Shown here piece by piece: positions 13,466 to 26,632 of a stretch of 64,000 nucleotides of DNA. Both the position numbers and the translations under genes were made by a program. Every line of letters starts with the position of its first letter. Position 1 is the first letter of the stretch. The notes beneath the pieces are model-generated. The model did not search any database, was not told the DNA's origin, and saw only the letters and a program-made list of their open reading frames with translations. The stretch comes from Vitrella brassicaformis CCMP3155 (Eukaryota; Protista; Chromerida): positions 62,001-126,000 of the forward strand of contig CDMY01000336.1 in assembly GCA_001179505.1 (NCBI GenBank). Reading direction: 5' to 3'.

Positions 13466-14086
13466 GCAGTGCCCGCACGTGGACGAGGACCGAGCGCCTG
13501 TGCCCGTGGGTTGACACAAGAAAGTATTCTCGACGAGAGACGGAGTGAAATATTCTTTTCGTTCTCGCTTTTTCGAGGTTGTGCTTCTCAGCTGAGTCAC
13601 GTCGGTGTTCTTCCTTGCCGCAAGTTCAAGTTGGTCCTTGGGCCCCCTTTCGCCCCCAGTCTCTTCGAAAGACCGGGAGAATCATGATGAGCATTCAATT
13701 TGGACGGTGAGCAGGCTCTTCAACTTGATGATCCTGAGCGTGCCTGTGGGATGTGGCAGCGGAGTGTGCGTCAGGATTCAAGCCCAAGTTCAGGCCATGG
13801 TGCCGGCAAAGGCTGCTCCTGCAACGGATGAGCTCGAGAAATGCACTGCAGCTGAGCGAAGGCAGACGAAGAGGATTTCGTCATGATGGATGCCAGGATT
13901 GCACCTTCAGCCACCAGGCGGGTCAACTCAAGAGCGTCAAGTACGCCTCATTCGTGAGTGTGGCTCCACACTTACGAATTGCATCCGCACGGCAATTCAA
14001 TGGTGTGCTCTCTCCTTTGCTTTTCAGTAGGTCCATCACACTCAAGTTCATCGCCGACACATCACGGCCGCCATCACCATTCGCTT

Positions 14087-17027
14087 ATGCTGGATGCCAT
14101 GAAGATGAAAGAGCGGCGCAACGATGGAAGGAGAGGCCGAGGCAAAGACGACAATGACGACAGTGACGACGAGGATGACGATGATTATGAAGTGGACGAG
14201 CAGGAGGACCGCATGGAGCTTTCAGGTGGGGAAGATCTCGAGAAAGGTGGTTGTGTGTGTTTCTGTCTGTGTGCCTTTTTCCCGGACATAGACGAAGAAG
14301 CTGACCTGGGCGAAATGAAGGGTCCGCTGGTTGCCCGCTACATGTGTCGCCCGCTGCGAGGATGTACCAAAAGAGGAAACAGGACCTCACTTGGTACACC
14401 ACACCATACACCAGCATGTGCACCTCCCTCCCTCCCTCCCTCCCTCCCTTCGTGTGTGCCGTGTTTTCGCGTGTCATGCAGGTGTGTATTGGGACACCAA
14501 CGGCCAGTCCTACCGTGCCCGCATCCGCAATATGTCAGGCGGCAAATTCAAGCCCGCCGACTGGACCCTCCGCGGCCCCTCCAGAGGTCCTCACCGACGC
14601 CGTTCTCTCCCATGGCTGTTGGGCATCCCCCTTGGCCCGCGGATGGGCCACCACCCGCTGCGCCTCTCGAGAGTCAGGAGAACAACTCATTTGCAACACA
14701 ACAACACATATCTGATTGAATGTCCTTGTGCTGTCCATATAATATGTGCAGCGTCTGACAACGACGACAACGTGACTCGCTCCTCAGGGATGCCGTCGTC
14801 TGGTATGGACGACGAGGATTCCTGCCCAGCCGCCCTCCACGCCGCCTTCCACAAGGCCGCCGCCTTCAAGGGCCTGAAAGCGCACATCATCACCAGCGAC
14901 TCCAAGGCTTTCCTCGTGCTGGCGGGGCCCTTTCGTGCTGGGGGAGGGGGCAAATACTACGTCCAAGCCGAGGTGCGCCGCCAACGGGGGAGCTGGGATC
15001 TTCGGGGGCTGCGCTTGAAGGTCGAGCGGGCGAGGAAGAGGGCGGGCCAGCCACCCGACATGCGCCGCAACCACTACGTCAACATTCAAGGATTTCGGGT
15101 GCTAGAGGGAGGGAGGGGACATCAGCAGCTACCGGAGATCGCCATGCCGCCCCAGATCGACGACGGTGGCCCCCCAGCGAGCAAGGACGGTCAGACCCGC
15201 AGCCGCCAGCCACCGTCTTCGTCTGAAGATGAGAACCAGCTGCTAGCAACGAGGCCGTCAGCGAGAGGCACCATGCACAAGGTGAGAAGAAGGCACATCG
15301 ACACACACAGGAACTAGGGTGATGTGCCAAGTGCATGTCTGCTCCTCTGATACGTGACTTGCTCGTCAATGAGTGACTGCAGGCACACAATGAGGTCCAG
15401 CTGCTGAAGGAGGAAGGTCAGAAGGGCTGGAAAAGACGGGCAGCGTGGCACGGGCAGATGGAGGGATGGAGGAACAGTGAGGCCAAACTTTGTCAGTGTG
15501 TTTGTTTGTTTGTTTGTTTGGTGCAGAGAAGGAGACTCAGTGTGAGACGGCTGGGGGAAAGCGGCAGCGGAAGGCCGACGAGTCAACGGGCACCTGCGAC
15601 GTCGACTGGCTTCTCTTCAAGATGCTCAGGTCACATCAAACAAACCGACCAGACACCGACAAACCGACCTGCAACCATGATTGTTGTCTCCACTTGTTGT
15701 GTGCAGGCAATATCGCTGCGTACATTTTATATTTTGACCGATATCTATCGCCTTCCAGTGTATGGTGTAAAAAGAAAAGACTTCTCCCTCCTGCCGATGG
15801 CCGAGGTCCCCCTCATGCTGCGGCGCGCCGGCTGCGGCAGGGCTATGTGCGGCCGGACGTGGTGCACATGTCGTTCATACAGGAGCTGAGCCAGGCCATG
15901 CGACTCCCGTGAAGCCCGTCAGCGGTGAGTTGGGAGGCGGTGGTCACACGCACAGACACACAGAAGCTCATTGCCGTGTGATGATCCATTCATTCATTGT
16001 GTCTCCCTCCATCTGTGTGTGTGGTGCAGCCAGACGCGGCCTCAATCGCCGCCTGCATTTTATATTCGCTTGGATTTTTCTGTTGATACTCTGCCGCGCC
16101 CATTTGTTACTTCCTGTTCAGAACAAGGAGGTCATCAAGAAGAAGAAGCAGAAGAAGGACCTCTTCGCAAAAGTCGAAGGCCCTCTGAGACTCCCCATAA
16201 AACCTGTAAACCAATCACCTGCCTGCACAAACAGATAGACAGACGTGCATCTATATGTTCACACGCATCCATCGCATCTGTAGGGCAAGGCTCCCGCTCC
16301 CCCAGTGGCCCCCACGATCCCTGGTGAGGGTCACGACAACGGGCGTCGGACGGCCAAACCACCGGCAGCAGCAGCTGGGGCGGCTCGATTGGTCAGGACT
16401 GATGCACGACACAAAACACCTGGTGCTGCAACAGTTGCGGGTGCTGCTTCTGGTGGACGCGTGGCAGCAACCAAACAGGTATGTGGGATACACTCACTTA
16501 TGTGTGTGTGCATTTATGTGTGGTTTCTTTATCCATCCATCCATCCATCAGGCCGGCAGAGGTGAAGGCCGCGGTCCATCCGCTGGCAGACTGCAGTGCC
16601 CAAATGGCAGGACACAGCAGGTGTGCTTACAGTACTCACACATCACAAACACAAACGCAGACAGCCCAGCCGTCCATCACTCTGTCTGTCTGTCTGTCTT
16701 TGTGTCATTGATGTGGATGTGTGTCAGGCGTTGACTGCTGGCGGTCGAGGTGTCAGCATGGGGCCGATGATGGGCCACAAGGCACCCTCACCTTCTGGTC
16801 TTCACGCTGCTCTTCCACTGGTCAAGAAGAGCACCCTGAAGAGCCCCCCACTGGTCCAGAATGCCGACCGTCCGCGGCTGTCTGTTGTCATGACTCATCA
16901 GCATCACCACGCTCGGCCTCAACCGCATCACCACGCTCGCTATGACATGGTGTGTATCCTACGTCTTATCCATTCCATGCCGACACTGAGGGCCGACAGA
17001 CACAAGGAGGGGCACTCGAATCAATGA
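14087..17027 (+). CDS. Hypothetical, possibly chimeric or decaying gene: acidic N-terminus, AP2-like motif, 3' exons paralogous to the neighbouring minus-strand gene
   Basis: Spliceable exons: DDEDDDDYEVDE, GVYWDTNGQSYRARIRN, NKEVIKKKKQKK, GKAPAPPVAPTIP, GHKAP, ADRPRLSVVMT. Exon connectivity is uncertain. Confidence 0.4.
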
Positions 17028-17169
17028 AGCGTGTAAGTCGTGAATGGATATGGCACATCACTGCGGTATACCTGTGTGTCTGTGTCTCCTGTGTGTGTGC
17101 AGGACGTTTCGCCAGAGGCTTGAGACTGGATCAACCGCTGTCTACATTATATATTTGTCGAGTCTCTTC

Positions 17170-17521
17170 CCTTCAGCTCCGTACGCTACCCCTTGCCCCG
17201 GACCGTCTGCTGCCCCTGGCGCTCCACCACGACGGCCACGCCACCCACCCATCCCCCTCCAACCTCTCATTCGGCCCACACGAGGCATAAGCCATCGGCT
17301 GGAAGATCGGGTCCTTCCTGCACGAGCCACACACCGCCATGGCGACCATCGATGGGTACCTGATAGGTGACTCGCTGCTGAGGCGCCGCGTGCGGGCGGC
17401 CGTGGCGCATTTCGTGGAAGAGGCGGCCACGCGGACGAGCAGCAACCGGGAGGTGGTCAGGGGGAGGCGGCACGTGCAGCACGAGAAAGGGTCTCCCTCA
17501 CTGGCAACAGGAAACAAGTAA
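17170..17521 (+). pseudogene. Gene fragment with an in-frame TAA (FGPHEA*AIGWKIGSFLHEPHTAMATIDGYLIGDSLLRRRVRAAVAHFVEEAATRTSSNREVV)
   Basis: ORFs 16952..17290 and 17339..17521 share one frame and are separated only by TAA 17288-17290. The peptide resembles a motif I recall from an expanded Vitrella family (unverified). Confidence 0.5.
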
Positions 17522-17645
17522 ACGTGCACAAAAAGGCATGTCTCTCTTCACATTGAGCGTTAACCGTACTTGAAAAAAAACACCGACGAGGGAGCGACGC
17601 GCAGGACAGACAGAATGCACCCGTGGATCTTTGGCCAGGAAGGTC
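17493..17645 (-). repeat. Inverted copy of the repeat unit at 12850-12960 and 13300-13465
   Basis: Reverse complement cctggccaaagatccacgggtgcattctgtctgtcctgcgcgtcgctccctcgtcggtgtttt aligns to 12853-12925. Its continuation acatgcctttttgtgcacgtttacttgtttcctgttgccagtgagg aligns to about 13418-13463. Confidence 0.85.
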
Positions 17646-18007
17646 TGCCTTTTGGTGTAACTTGTGCATCTGTGTGTGAATGCATACAGACGCGCTCATC
17701 CATGAGTTGGGTTGGCACCGCTACATTTTGACCTTCCTTGACATACATAGAGGGAGGGATCAATGGACACACAGGGAGGGAGGGATTAATACGACGAGCG
17801 ATCTTGATTTAACGCTCTCAGTCTCTCAGGCGAAGGACAACGTCATGTCATGCACGCACGATCAGCGTATCCATGCGGTCCACATACGCACAACCAGCCA
17901 ATTCACGTAGCATATCAACACAACACAAGACAACACAACAACCGACCGCCATAAATCGCCACTCATCGCAGCCGCCAGCGACCTCTCCTACCCCCTGCCA
18001 GCCTACC

Positions 18008-21000
18008 CTACAGCCGCCTAGAGGTCTCCCCTTGACTCGACTCACTGACCGGTGGGGCCTCCCTTAAGGGTGAGTGGCCATCATCATTATGTGAGGTGGG
18101 TGTGGCGCATAGAACAAGGGCTGGCCGATCGTCGCATAGGGCGGCGGAGGCGCAAAGGCCATGGCAGGGGGCGGCTGCGGCACGGGTGGTTGGATGTATC
18201 GCTGCTGCTGCTGGCGATGGCCATTGTGGTGACGTGACTGTGCTGAGATTGTGGCGGGGAGGCGGAGGTCGGGGATGCGCCGCGGCATTGTGGCCGATGC
18301 AGCATGGCCTTTGGCATGGAGAAGGGGCGGCGACAACGGCTGGCCGCTCATGATCACACCAACAGCACCTGTCACACACAGCACCCACAGAGACAGGTGG
18401 CATCGATGCTGCGTTTTTTCCGCTGCGACTGCATGCGTACGCTTGTTGGCGTCCGATTTCCATTGAGTCTGGGTCTCTTGCAGCTTGAGCTTGAGTGCGT
18501 TGGCGGGAGTCAGCGGGCCGCACTTGGGGTGGTGCCTGTGGTGCTCGGTAAACGAGTGGTGGACGACCGACCGGCGGGATGCCCTTGCCGCTCCACAGCC
18601 GAGCCCCCACCCTGTCGGCCTCTATGTCGATGCCCACTCCCTCTCCCACCACTGGCAGGCGCGTCTTGGCCACGTCAAATGACGGCGGCTCGTTGGCGAT
18701 TCGGGTCATGACAATAGACAGCCTCGGCCGCTCGGCTTTCTTGACCATCGGGGCGCTCTTCAGGTGGTCATCAGGCTGCTCTTCTTGCTTGGGTGTGTGC
18801 CGCTCGGATGTATCGACCACTCCCTCCCCCACCACCGGCAGGCGCGTCTTGGCCACGTCAAATGAGGGCGGCTCGTTAGCGATGCGGGTCATGACAATCG
18901 ACAGCCTCGGCTGCTCGGCTTTCTTGAGCGCTGGGGCGGTCTTCTGACGGTGGTCTTGTGTGAGTGCGAGTGTCTTGGGGGCGTCCGATGCTGTTAGGGC
19001 GGTGAAGGGGCGGGGGGCTTTGGTGCCGGATGCCCCTATCATGCCGGCCAGGGCAGCAAAAGGGTCACCGCTGCCACCTGCACACATCAACGAGTGACAC
19101 ACACACCAATATGTGTCATACCGCGTGTTGGTCCTCCTCCCTCTCCCTCCTTGTCTCTCTCTCTCTCTCTCTCTCACCTCCTGTGCGGATGCCGACACCT
19201 GGTCCGATCATCGCGGCATTCTCGCCGCCATGACTTCTCTCAACACCAGCAGCGCCATTGGCCGTCTGTGGTGGCGGGGGCTGCTTTCTCCGACCAGCTG
19301 CACTAGCTGTGACCGATCGCTGCTTAGAGATCTTCTTGGGCACAGTGGCGGCCGCATTGCCGTCGTCAGTCGTGTCGGCCGCCCTCTGTTTCCTGGCGTG
19401 AGCCCTGACGTCTGTGTGGGCGTCTGTGGGGGGCGTGGCGATGCGGCCATCGAAGGCGACGACGCCGTCTGCATGTGAGGCCACCCTGGCGCCAGGGCTA
19501 GTGGAGGAGATGGCAGCAGAAGGGGGGGCCTTGTGCCCCAGAACCCCACCCCCAATGCTCGCACCGCGGCCACCACCAGTCAAATGTGTCTGACATACAC
19601 ACACGACACACAGACACACAGACAGGGAGATCGGGGGTCTGTCTTTGTTTGTGTATGTTTGTGAGTTCTGCCTTGCTGCACACCTGCTGCTGTCTCCTGC
19701 CGTTTGTGAAGTGCGATCCGCCAGCCGATGGCCACCGGCCTTCGCCTCTGCTGGCGCCCCCACGCACGGCACGGCCCTGGTGGATGGATGCAGAAACACC
19801 GAGGGCAGGGCACCCACACACGTCCACATATGGGTGAGTGAGTGTCTCGTGTGTTTGTAATGTCTGTCTGCCCCACGTACCGTACCTGAATCTGCGATTT
19901 ATGGCTGAGCAGTCGGGCAGCCCCTGCCACTGGGACACCGCCAGCAGGGATCGTGGGGGCCACTGGGGGAGCGGGAGCCTTGCCCTCGGCCGTCTTCCGC
20001 AGACTCGTGGCCTCGCGAACCAAACGGTCCGCACGTACCTGACGGATGGATGGATGGAATGGCCAACACAAAGAACACACCCCACAATGACCGTGCGACG
20101 ACTGTGGGGTGATGTTTCCGTGTGGTGTGTATGCCCACACCCCGCCCCATCTCACCAGTTCTCTGTCGAGTGTTTGCTCAGTTCTGTGGATGACGGCGGT
20201 CACCTCGGGCGGCAAATCGCAACCGGACAAAAGACGTTCCAAATCACCGTCTACACACACACACACATAGGGAATGAACATCTGTCTCTGTCTCTCTGTC
20301 GGTGTGGTGTGCGTGTCGCCCACCTCCCCCCTCCCCCTTCTCACCTGTGGCCACGTCGTTCTCCCCACCAGCCACAGCCAATTCGTCCACATTGGCCGCG
20401 GCGACCTTCTTGAGACGCTCCTGCGTGAGGCAGGCAGCCATGACACACAAGACACCACAAGCATCAATGTGCCAATATATGGATGGGTGTTCCTGTGTGG
20501 CTGCCTCAAAGTCTCTTCCATCAGCTGGTTGTATTTCTCCTGAAGCTCGTCCAGCCGGGCCTGCAACTCATCGTACTGGTCCTTGGTGACGTGATCCAAA
20601 GCAGACGGCTCCTGTACCTGACATCAGTGGAGTGAGGAGGAGAGCCCGTGACTGGATTGGATGGTGTGTGGCTGTGCTGCCTAACCGCATCAGTGGCCTT
20701 GGTTCTCTCGGCTTCCTGGAGTTTTGCATTGACCATGTCCTGCATACAGACACACAATCAGACACCCTTCATCAGTGGACCTTTGCTGGTGGAGGACACG
20801 CAGGCCCTCACTGACCAGCTCCCGCTGTTGTTTGCCGATGGCGGTGCGGAGGACGTGCTCCATTTTGAACCACTCATCGGCCGCCTTGGCAGCCGCCGCA
20901 TCCTTGTCAGCCAGCAGCTTGGTCTACACACAGCACAACACAACACAACACACCGATGTGCATATGTGCGCCTATAGATGTGTGCGTCACTCAGTCTCTC

Positions 21001-24000
21001 ACTGACCTTGTTATCACCCGCAGCTGCAAGATGCGACCTCAGCTCGGCTATCGTCTTCTCTTGGTGGTGGTACATGTCCTTGATGGCATCGTATCGGTTC
21101 TTGACGTCGTCGTACTTCCGCATGTAGTACCGCGCCATGCTCTCACCCATGAGGCGGTCGTCTGCGTCGAAATCTGTGTCGAAATCATCGTCATCGCTCT
21201 CCTACAGACAACACAGCACACGTACGCAGAGTGAGGGAGAGAGAGGTCCAGTCGATATCTTTCCCTCAGTTCTGTGTGTGCGTCACAGTGCGGCGCGCAC
21301 CTGTCTGTCGGTATCCTGCCGTTTGTGTGTGGTGGGGGCTGCCACTGCGGCCATATCGCGGCACCACTCGTCATCGTCACTGGCACTGCTGGCACTGCTG
21401 CTGCCTCCCTTGGCTGCAGCATCAACACCGGGCGCTGCGGCTGCGGCTGCTGCCACTTGGTCTGGCGGGTAGTTGCGATCACGCTCCTGAGACCACCACA
21501 GCACACACATACACACACACACACACACTGACGACTGTGTGGATGTGAGGATGAGTGAGGGTCTGTGTGCCTACCTCGTGGACCTCCTTGAGGTTGAGTT
21601 TGGGAAGGGCTGGCGGGGGCAGCGAGGGGCTCCGCTGGTGGCGGTTGTGGTGCACAGGGTGGGGGAGAAAATAGACCTGACGGTACACAGACACACAGAC
21701 ACACACACACACACACACACAGGTAAATAAGAGTGGATGTGTGTGTGCGCCCTGCCGTGCCTACGTCCACGAAATCTTCCTCGTCATTGGCGTCGTCCAT
21801 CTGGCGGTGCCGGCTATCTGATTGACCAACACAAAGGCAGTCAGATAAAAGGTGACAGATGTGCATCAATCAACCATCCCCATCCATGGGTGAGAATGCG
21901 ATGCGTACCGCTGAGTGGCTGCAGGCGGTGTGGTGAGGCCATCAAAACTCCTGCCAACCGCCCCGGCCTCGTATCATCGCTGAAGCCACCAATCCAGCCA
22001 GTGGGCCACAGGCGCACACACACAGGCAACAGATGATTGGCGTGGGGTTGGAGGGGGGAGGGGGGTGGGGTTGGCTGGGTACCTTGTCCTCTTGTTGGCG
22101 CGTTTGCGTAGCTCGTCTATCTCCGTTGTCTTGTCGAGGATGTCCTCAGCCTGGCGGCTGATCTTGCTCTTGAGATGCCGCTCGTGCAACCTGGTGACAC
22201 ACACAACGAGATAGAGATGGAATGAGTGAGTGGAGTGACTGTGTGGGTTCTCTCTCTCTCTCGTCTGTTGCCAGGTGGTTGGCTGACCGTACCGTGCTGC
22301 CCTGAGCTGCTTCTCTGTCGCCTCCTGTCGGTCCTTCATCCTCGCTGCCTCCTGCACTCATTCACCGCACCACACGCGCCGCACCGCACAATATGTACAA
22401 GATGCACTGACCTGCCTCACTCAGTCACAACTGCGGGCTGCCCTGCCCGACTCTCTCTCGTGTATGTCGTGCAGGTCTGCTCTGCTGTGCTCTGCTGTGC
22501 TGCACTCACACTCACTCACCTCCTGCGACGCCTTTTCCTGCTCCTGACGAAGGGCGAGGGCGCGTCGCTCCTCTAGCTCCTGCTGTTCTCTTTGGTGGAG
22601 CTGGTAATGAGCGCTGGGCGGCAGGAAGGCACCCAGCTGCTGCTCGTCATCGCTGTCATGCTCCTGCGTCAGTGCAGGGGGAGCGAAGACAACGAAATCA
22701 GTGAATGAGTGAATGACTGGCGCTGTGACAGCTATCAGTCATTGCTTGCCTGGTCCTCTGGCGGAACACCCCCGAATCCCATAGAGGGCTTCTTCACAAG
22801 GTTCTTCATCATCGTGTTTCTCTTGCTTCGAGAGAGGGGAAACCTGTGGGCCTTTGGGGGAGACTGCGAGCTTTCTTGAGTATCTCGACTCGAATTCACC
22901 GCACAAACGACGGACGAGGCCCATCACCCTTTCCCCTTTACTCTCGACAAGCGACAAGCTCTCTGGGGGAAACTTTTGACATTTGCGCGTTTGCGGCCAG
23001 GTTTGGGTGAGCCGCTCCCCTCCCGTGTGCAACCAACCCATCCTTCCTATTCTTTTCTCCCAGCTCTCCCAGAATTGTATATACGAACCATGCCAGCCAA
23101 CTCGTGGCATGCGTCTGTCTGTATGCACATACAAATTCACCCGCCCACAACTCACACGACACCACACCACAGCAGGCAAGGCAGGCCCTCCCACACCATT
23201 CACCACTCGCTCACCCATGGCATCCTCCGCCCGCCGCCCACCCTCCCGTGCCGCCTCATCTGTGCCCTCCCCTTCCTCACTCGCAGCTCACGCACAAACG
23301 ATGCATACGCCGCCCTCTCCTCATTCGCCGCCACATCACCTCCACCTTGATCAATGATCTCTTCACATTTCCTGTGAACGCCCTTGAGAAACTCATTCAG
23401 CCGCCGCAGCGTCTCGGTCGACGGCGCTATGTGGGGAGGCTCGTGTGGCCGGGGTGGTGGTGGTGGGGGCAGGGGCGGTCTTCCCCTGTGTGCGGGGGGG
23501 CGGGATGAGGGTGGTCGATACGAGCGGGGGGGAGGGGCAGAGGGAGTGGGAGATTTGGAAGACGGCGGGTTGCACCGGGGGGTCGGTATCGACCGAGAGG
23601 AGTCCCTGGCCTCCTTGGCCAGCTTGCGCCATGACAGACCTCTGCAAGCGGCAACGCAACAAGAGACAAACCGAGCACCCACAATGCGCCACTCGATTAT
23701 TGGGTTTCATGTCTGCTCACCTTGGTTCAGCTGGCAAGGTGGAGCATCCCCTGTCGCGTGGGGTCGTCACGGCACTGCCCCGCCCCCTCAGCTGCGACTC
23801 CCATCTCCTCCGCCGCTCCTCATCCAGTCCACGGGCACTCATCTGCTGGGGGCGGGATGACCTGTTGACCAGGTGCAGTGGCAGCCTCATGGGGGGCAAC
23901 GGGGGCTTCCCGACATGCTCCCCGACATGCTCATGGGGTGGGGGTGGGGGTGGCTTGGGTCTGGCCAGGGCCAGCCGATCGAAGGCCGACTCCACGCAGT

Positions 24001-24034
24001 GCCAATACACAGCTGAGATAAGGGAAGGAAACAA
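18008..24034 (-). CDS. Large multi-exon coiled-coil, low-complexity hypothetical protein
   Basis: Many in-frame exons with heptad character (KISRQAEDILDKTTEIDELRKR; KYDDVKNRYDAIKDMYHHQEKTIAELR; QYDELQARLDELQEKYNQLMEE). May be continuous with the exons at 24.1-26.3 kb. Confidence 0.6.
18655..18945 (-). repeat. Intragenic tandem repeat, period about 180 bp (KKAE[RQ]PRLSIVMTRIANEPPSFDVAKTRLPVVGEGV x2)
   Basis: Near-identical DNA at about 18659-18758 and 18840-18940, visible in ORF 18008..19198. Confidence 0.9.
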
Positions 24035-24099
24035 GGCATTGTATCACGATCACGGAGATGCCCATGCTCTTTGTGTGTTTGGTGGTCTACCTGTGAGTG

Positions 24100-26292
24100 T
24101 GTCGGCCATGACTCTCACTTTGGCTACCGATAGCAGGGCCGCGGCGTGCCACGAGGCCACCGTCCGCGACAACAGGCACCGCTGAAAGGGCGCAGAGGGA
24201 AAGACACACGGGAGTCATCGAGCAATGGACTGGTGGTCTGTCAGTCTTCCTGTCTGCGGGTCTGCCTGCCTGCCGGGATACCTTCCAGCGGGAGAGGGCG
24301 GATGCGTTCCGCCTGTTCTTGATCCGCCGCACCCCTGGGTGTCCATATGACACGGCAAATCATTCGATTGCTGGACGGACCGGTGCAGTGTGCACTTACT
24401 CGTGTAGCGGACAAGGCTTCGAAACGCACGCATCATCAGTCTCTTGCTGCACAGCACACACCAACGACAACCCCACACACATGCAATGCAGACACGCGAC
24501 GATGACGCATGACAGGCATGGCAGCGCACCTGTAGTGGCTGTTGGCGAGCCCACAGCCAGCGGTGTGTCGCCTCCGCCCGGAGCAGTAGGCCTTCCATCT
24601 CGCCATGGAGCGATCTAGTGCCCGCTCATGGGAGAAAGAGGAGGTCATGCGATCGATCTGATGCCAACGCCACTGCTGCTCTGCATTGCATTCGTCCGTC
24701 CGTCCGTCCATCCACCCCACCCACACAGACACAGGGACCATATGGGCTGTTGTTCCGCTCCTGTCTCCTGTGTCGTACCAGCATAATGTCGCCACTTGCC
24801 TATTGCCTTTTCGCACGCACGCAGTGCCGCATAGCTGCACCACAATCAGGACAAGACGCAATGAGGGCGAAGTGCGGGGCGTGCCTTGGTTGGTGCGAGG
24901 GAGAGAGAGTGCTCACTTGGCTGCCAGCAGCATGTTCTTGCGCACCAGCGACCTGGCGACGGTGTGCCGGTGCCACACACCCAAAGCCTGGTGCTGCAGG
25001 ATGGGATGCTGATGCTGCCGACCAACACTATCGCAACGATCGCCCTCACGGCCACCGCCAGATGCAGCACCATCTGACAGTACAACAACCCCACACCAGC
25101 GTCATCCCGGTTGGTTTTCTGTTGTCCTGTTCTCCTCAGTTACTCACCTGGTGTGTTGTGGGTACCATCTGTGTGTGGTCTCAGCCTGTGCAGAGCGGTG
25201 CGGAGCAGCCGGTGCTGACGTCTATGGTCAGACAGACAGACGGAGAAGGAGAGAGACATACACGCACATGCGGCGTAAGGGTCTGTCGTCGTCGGTGCCT
25301 TGCGGACCTTTGTATGAGCTGGAGAGCTGTCTCCCTCTGCCTGCAAGCATCGAAATATATGGGGGGAAGGTGGACAAATGAGTCAGTCAAGCATTCAGCA
25401 GCTCCTTCATTCGCACCCTTGTTTCTGCAGTATCAGCCTCTGCCACGAGCTGAACGACAACTGGACCAAACACACACACATTCATCAATGGTGCCTTCCT
25501 TCTGTCTGCTTCATCAATGAATGACCCACCTACCTGTTTCGTGTACGCTGCCCTTGCATCTAATCCGTCTCGATCGGCGACAACGGCACAGCCATCCCCG
25601 CCCTCCATCGAGTCGCCATCCTCCACCAAACCAGTGCTATCATCACCATCCCTAGGCTGCTGATGCTGCTGCACGACCGGTGATGGTTCATCAGAACGAT
25701 GGCCACCATGGCCACCATCACAAGCGTCCTTCGATGTGCCCCTCTCGAGCCATGCCAGCAGCTGCAGGCAACGCTGTCGACGCTGCTCACGGCTGAGCGG
25801 GAAGAGGGCCGCCGATGGTGGTGCCGGCGCCTGCAGCTTGCGAATGAGGAGGGCCTTCAGGCGGCCGATAGACGACGGGCTACACAGGAGGGCATGGATG
25901 AGCCTCTCGATGGGGCGCTCGGCCTGCCTTGCGATGGCATGGCTTTGGCTGAGCAGGGCGGTGAGCAGAGGCTCGTTGGCGAGCAGGCCTTCGATCAGCG
26001 ACTCCCGAGTGGCGCTGCAAACACGATGCAGCATCCACCACACATGAGAGATCATGGAGCAGCGACGCAGGGACTCTCTGCCATATTGTTTGTTTGCATA
26101 CCTTTCATGTGATGACGGTTTTCGTTGGTCCGCAAGACGAGCATACGACGCTGCAGCACGAGTGCGCCGATGAGCCCTATGTGCCGAGCTCTGCGGTGCT
26201 GCGTAGCTCCTCAGTCGTGTATGCCATTTGCGCGCACCATCCTCAGGGCCGCAACATCCCTTCCACGGCCCTGTGCCGCCTTCAGTCATCAA
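24100..26292 (-). CDS. Hypothetical helical protein exons (probably the 5' part of the 18-24 kb gene)
   Basis: ORF 25387..26292 plus short exons with basic/Trp helices (RCLLSRTVASWHAAALL; SMARWKAY). Not assigned to a family. Confidence 0.4.
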
Positions 26293-26632
26293 GAATGGGC
26301 TTGGAATGAGGCAGTTCCCTTCTCCAATCCATCTCCATCATCCCAGCTCGCAACTCCTCCCTCTGTGCGCGGCTCACCCTTTCGCCCAGGAATGCGACAG
26401 CACGGCACTGAGTGGGGGAAGTGGATGCGGATGGGCCGGGGAGTGGTTCCCCGGCACGGTTTCACGGGTCTCTGACTCTCATGACCACGAGTTGGCTCAG
26501 CACTCTCGTGTTCCCTCAAGCGCATTAGATCCATCGGCACGTCCAGAAGGTGAGTGAGCAATGACGTCTGCCACGCACGGAGGCAATCTGTCTGTTCTTT
26601 GTGTGCGTGCGGCAGACCGTTGTTTGCCGAGC

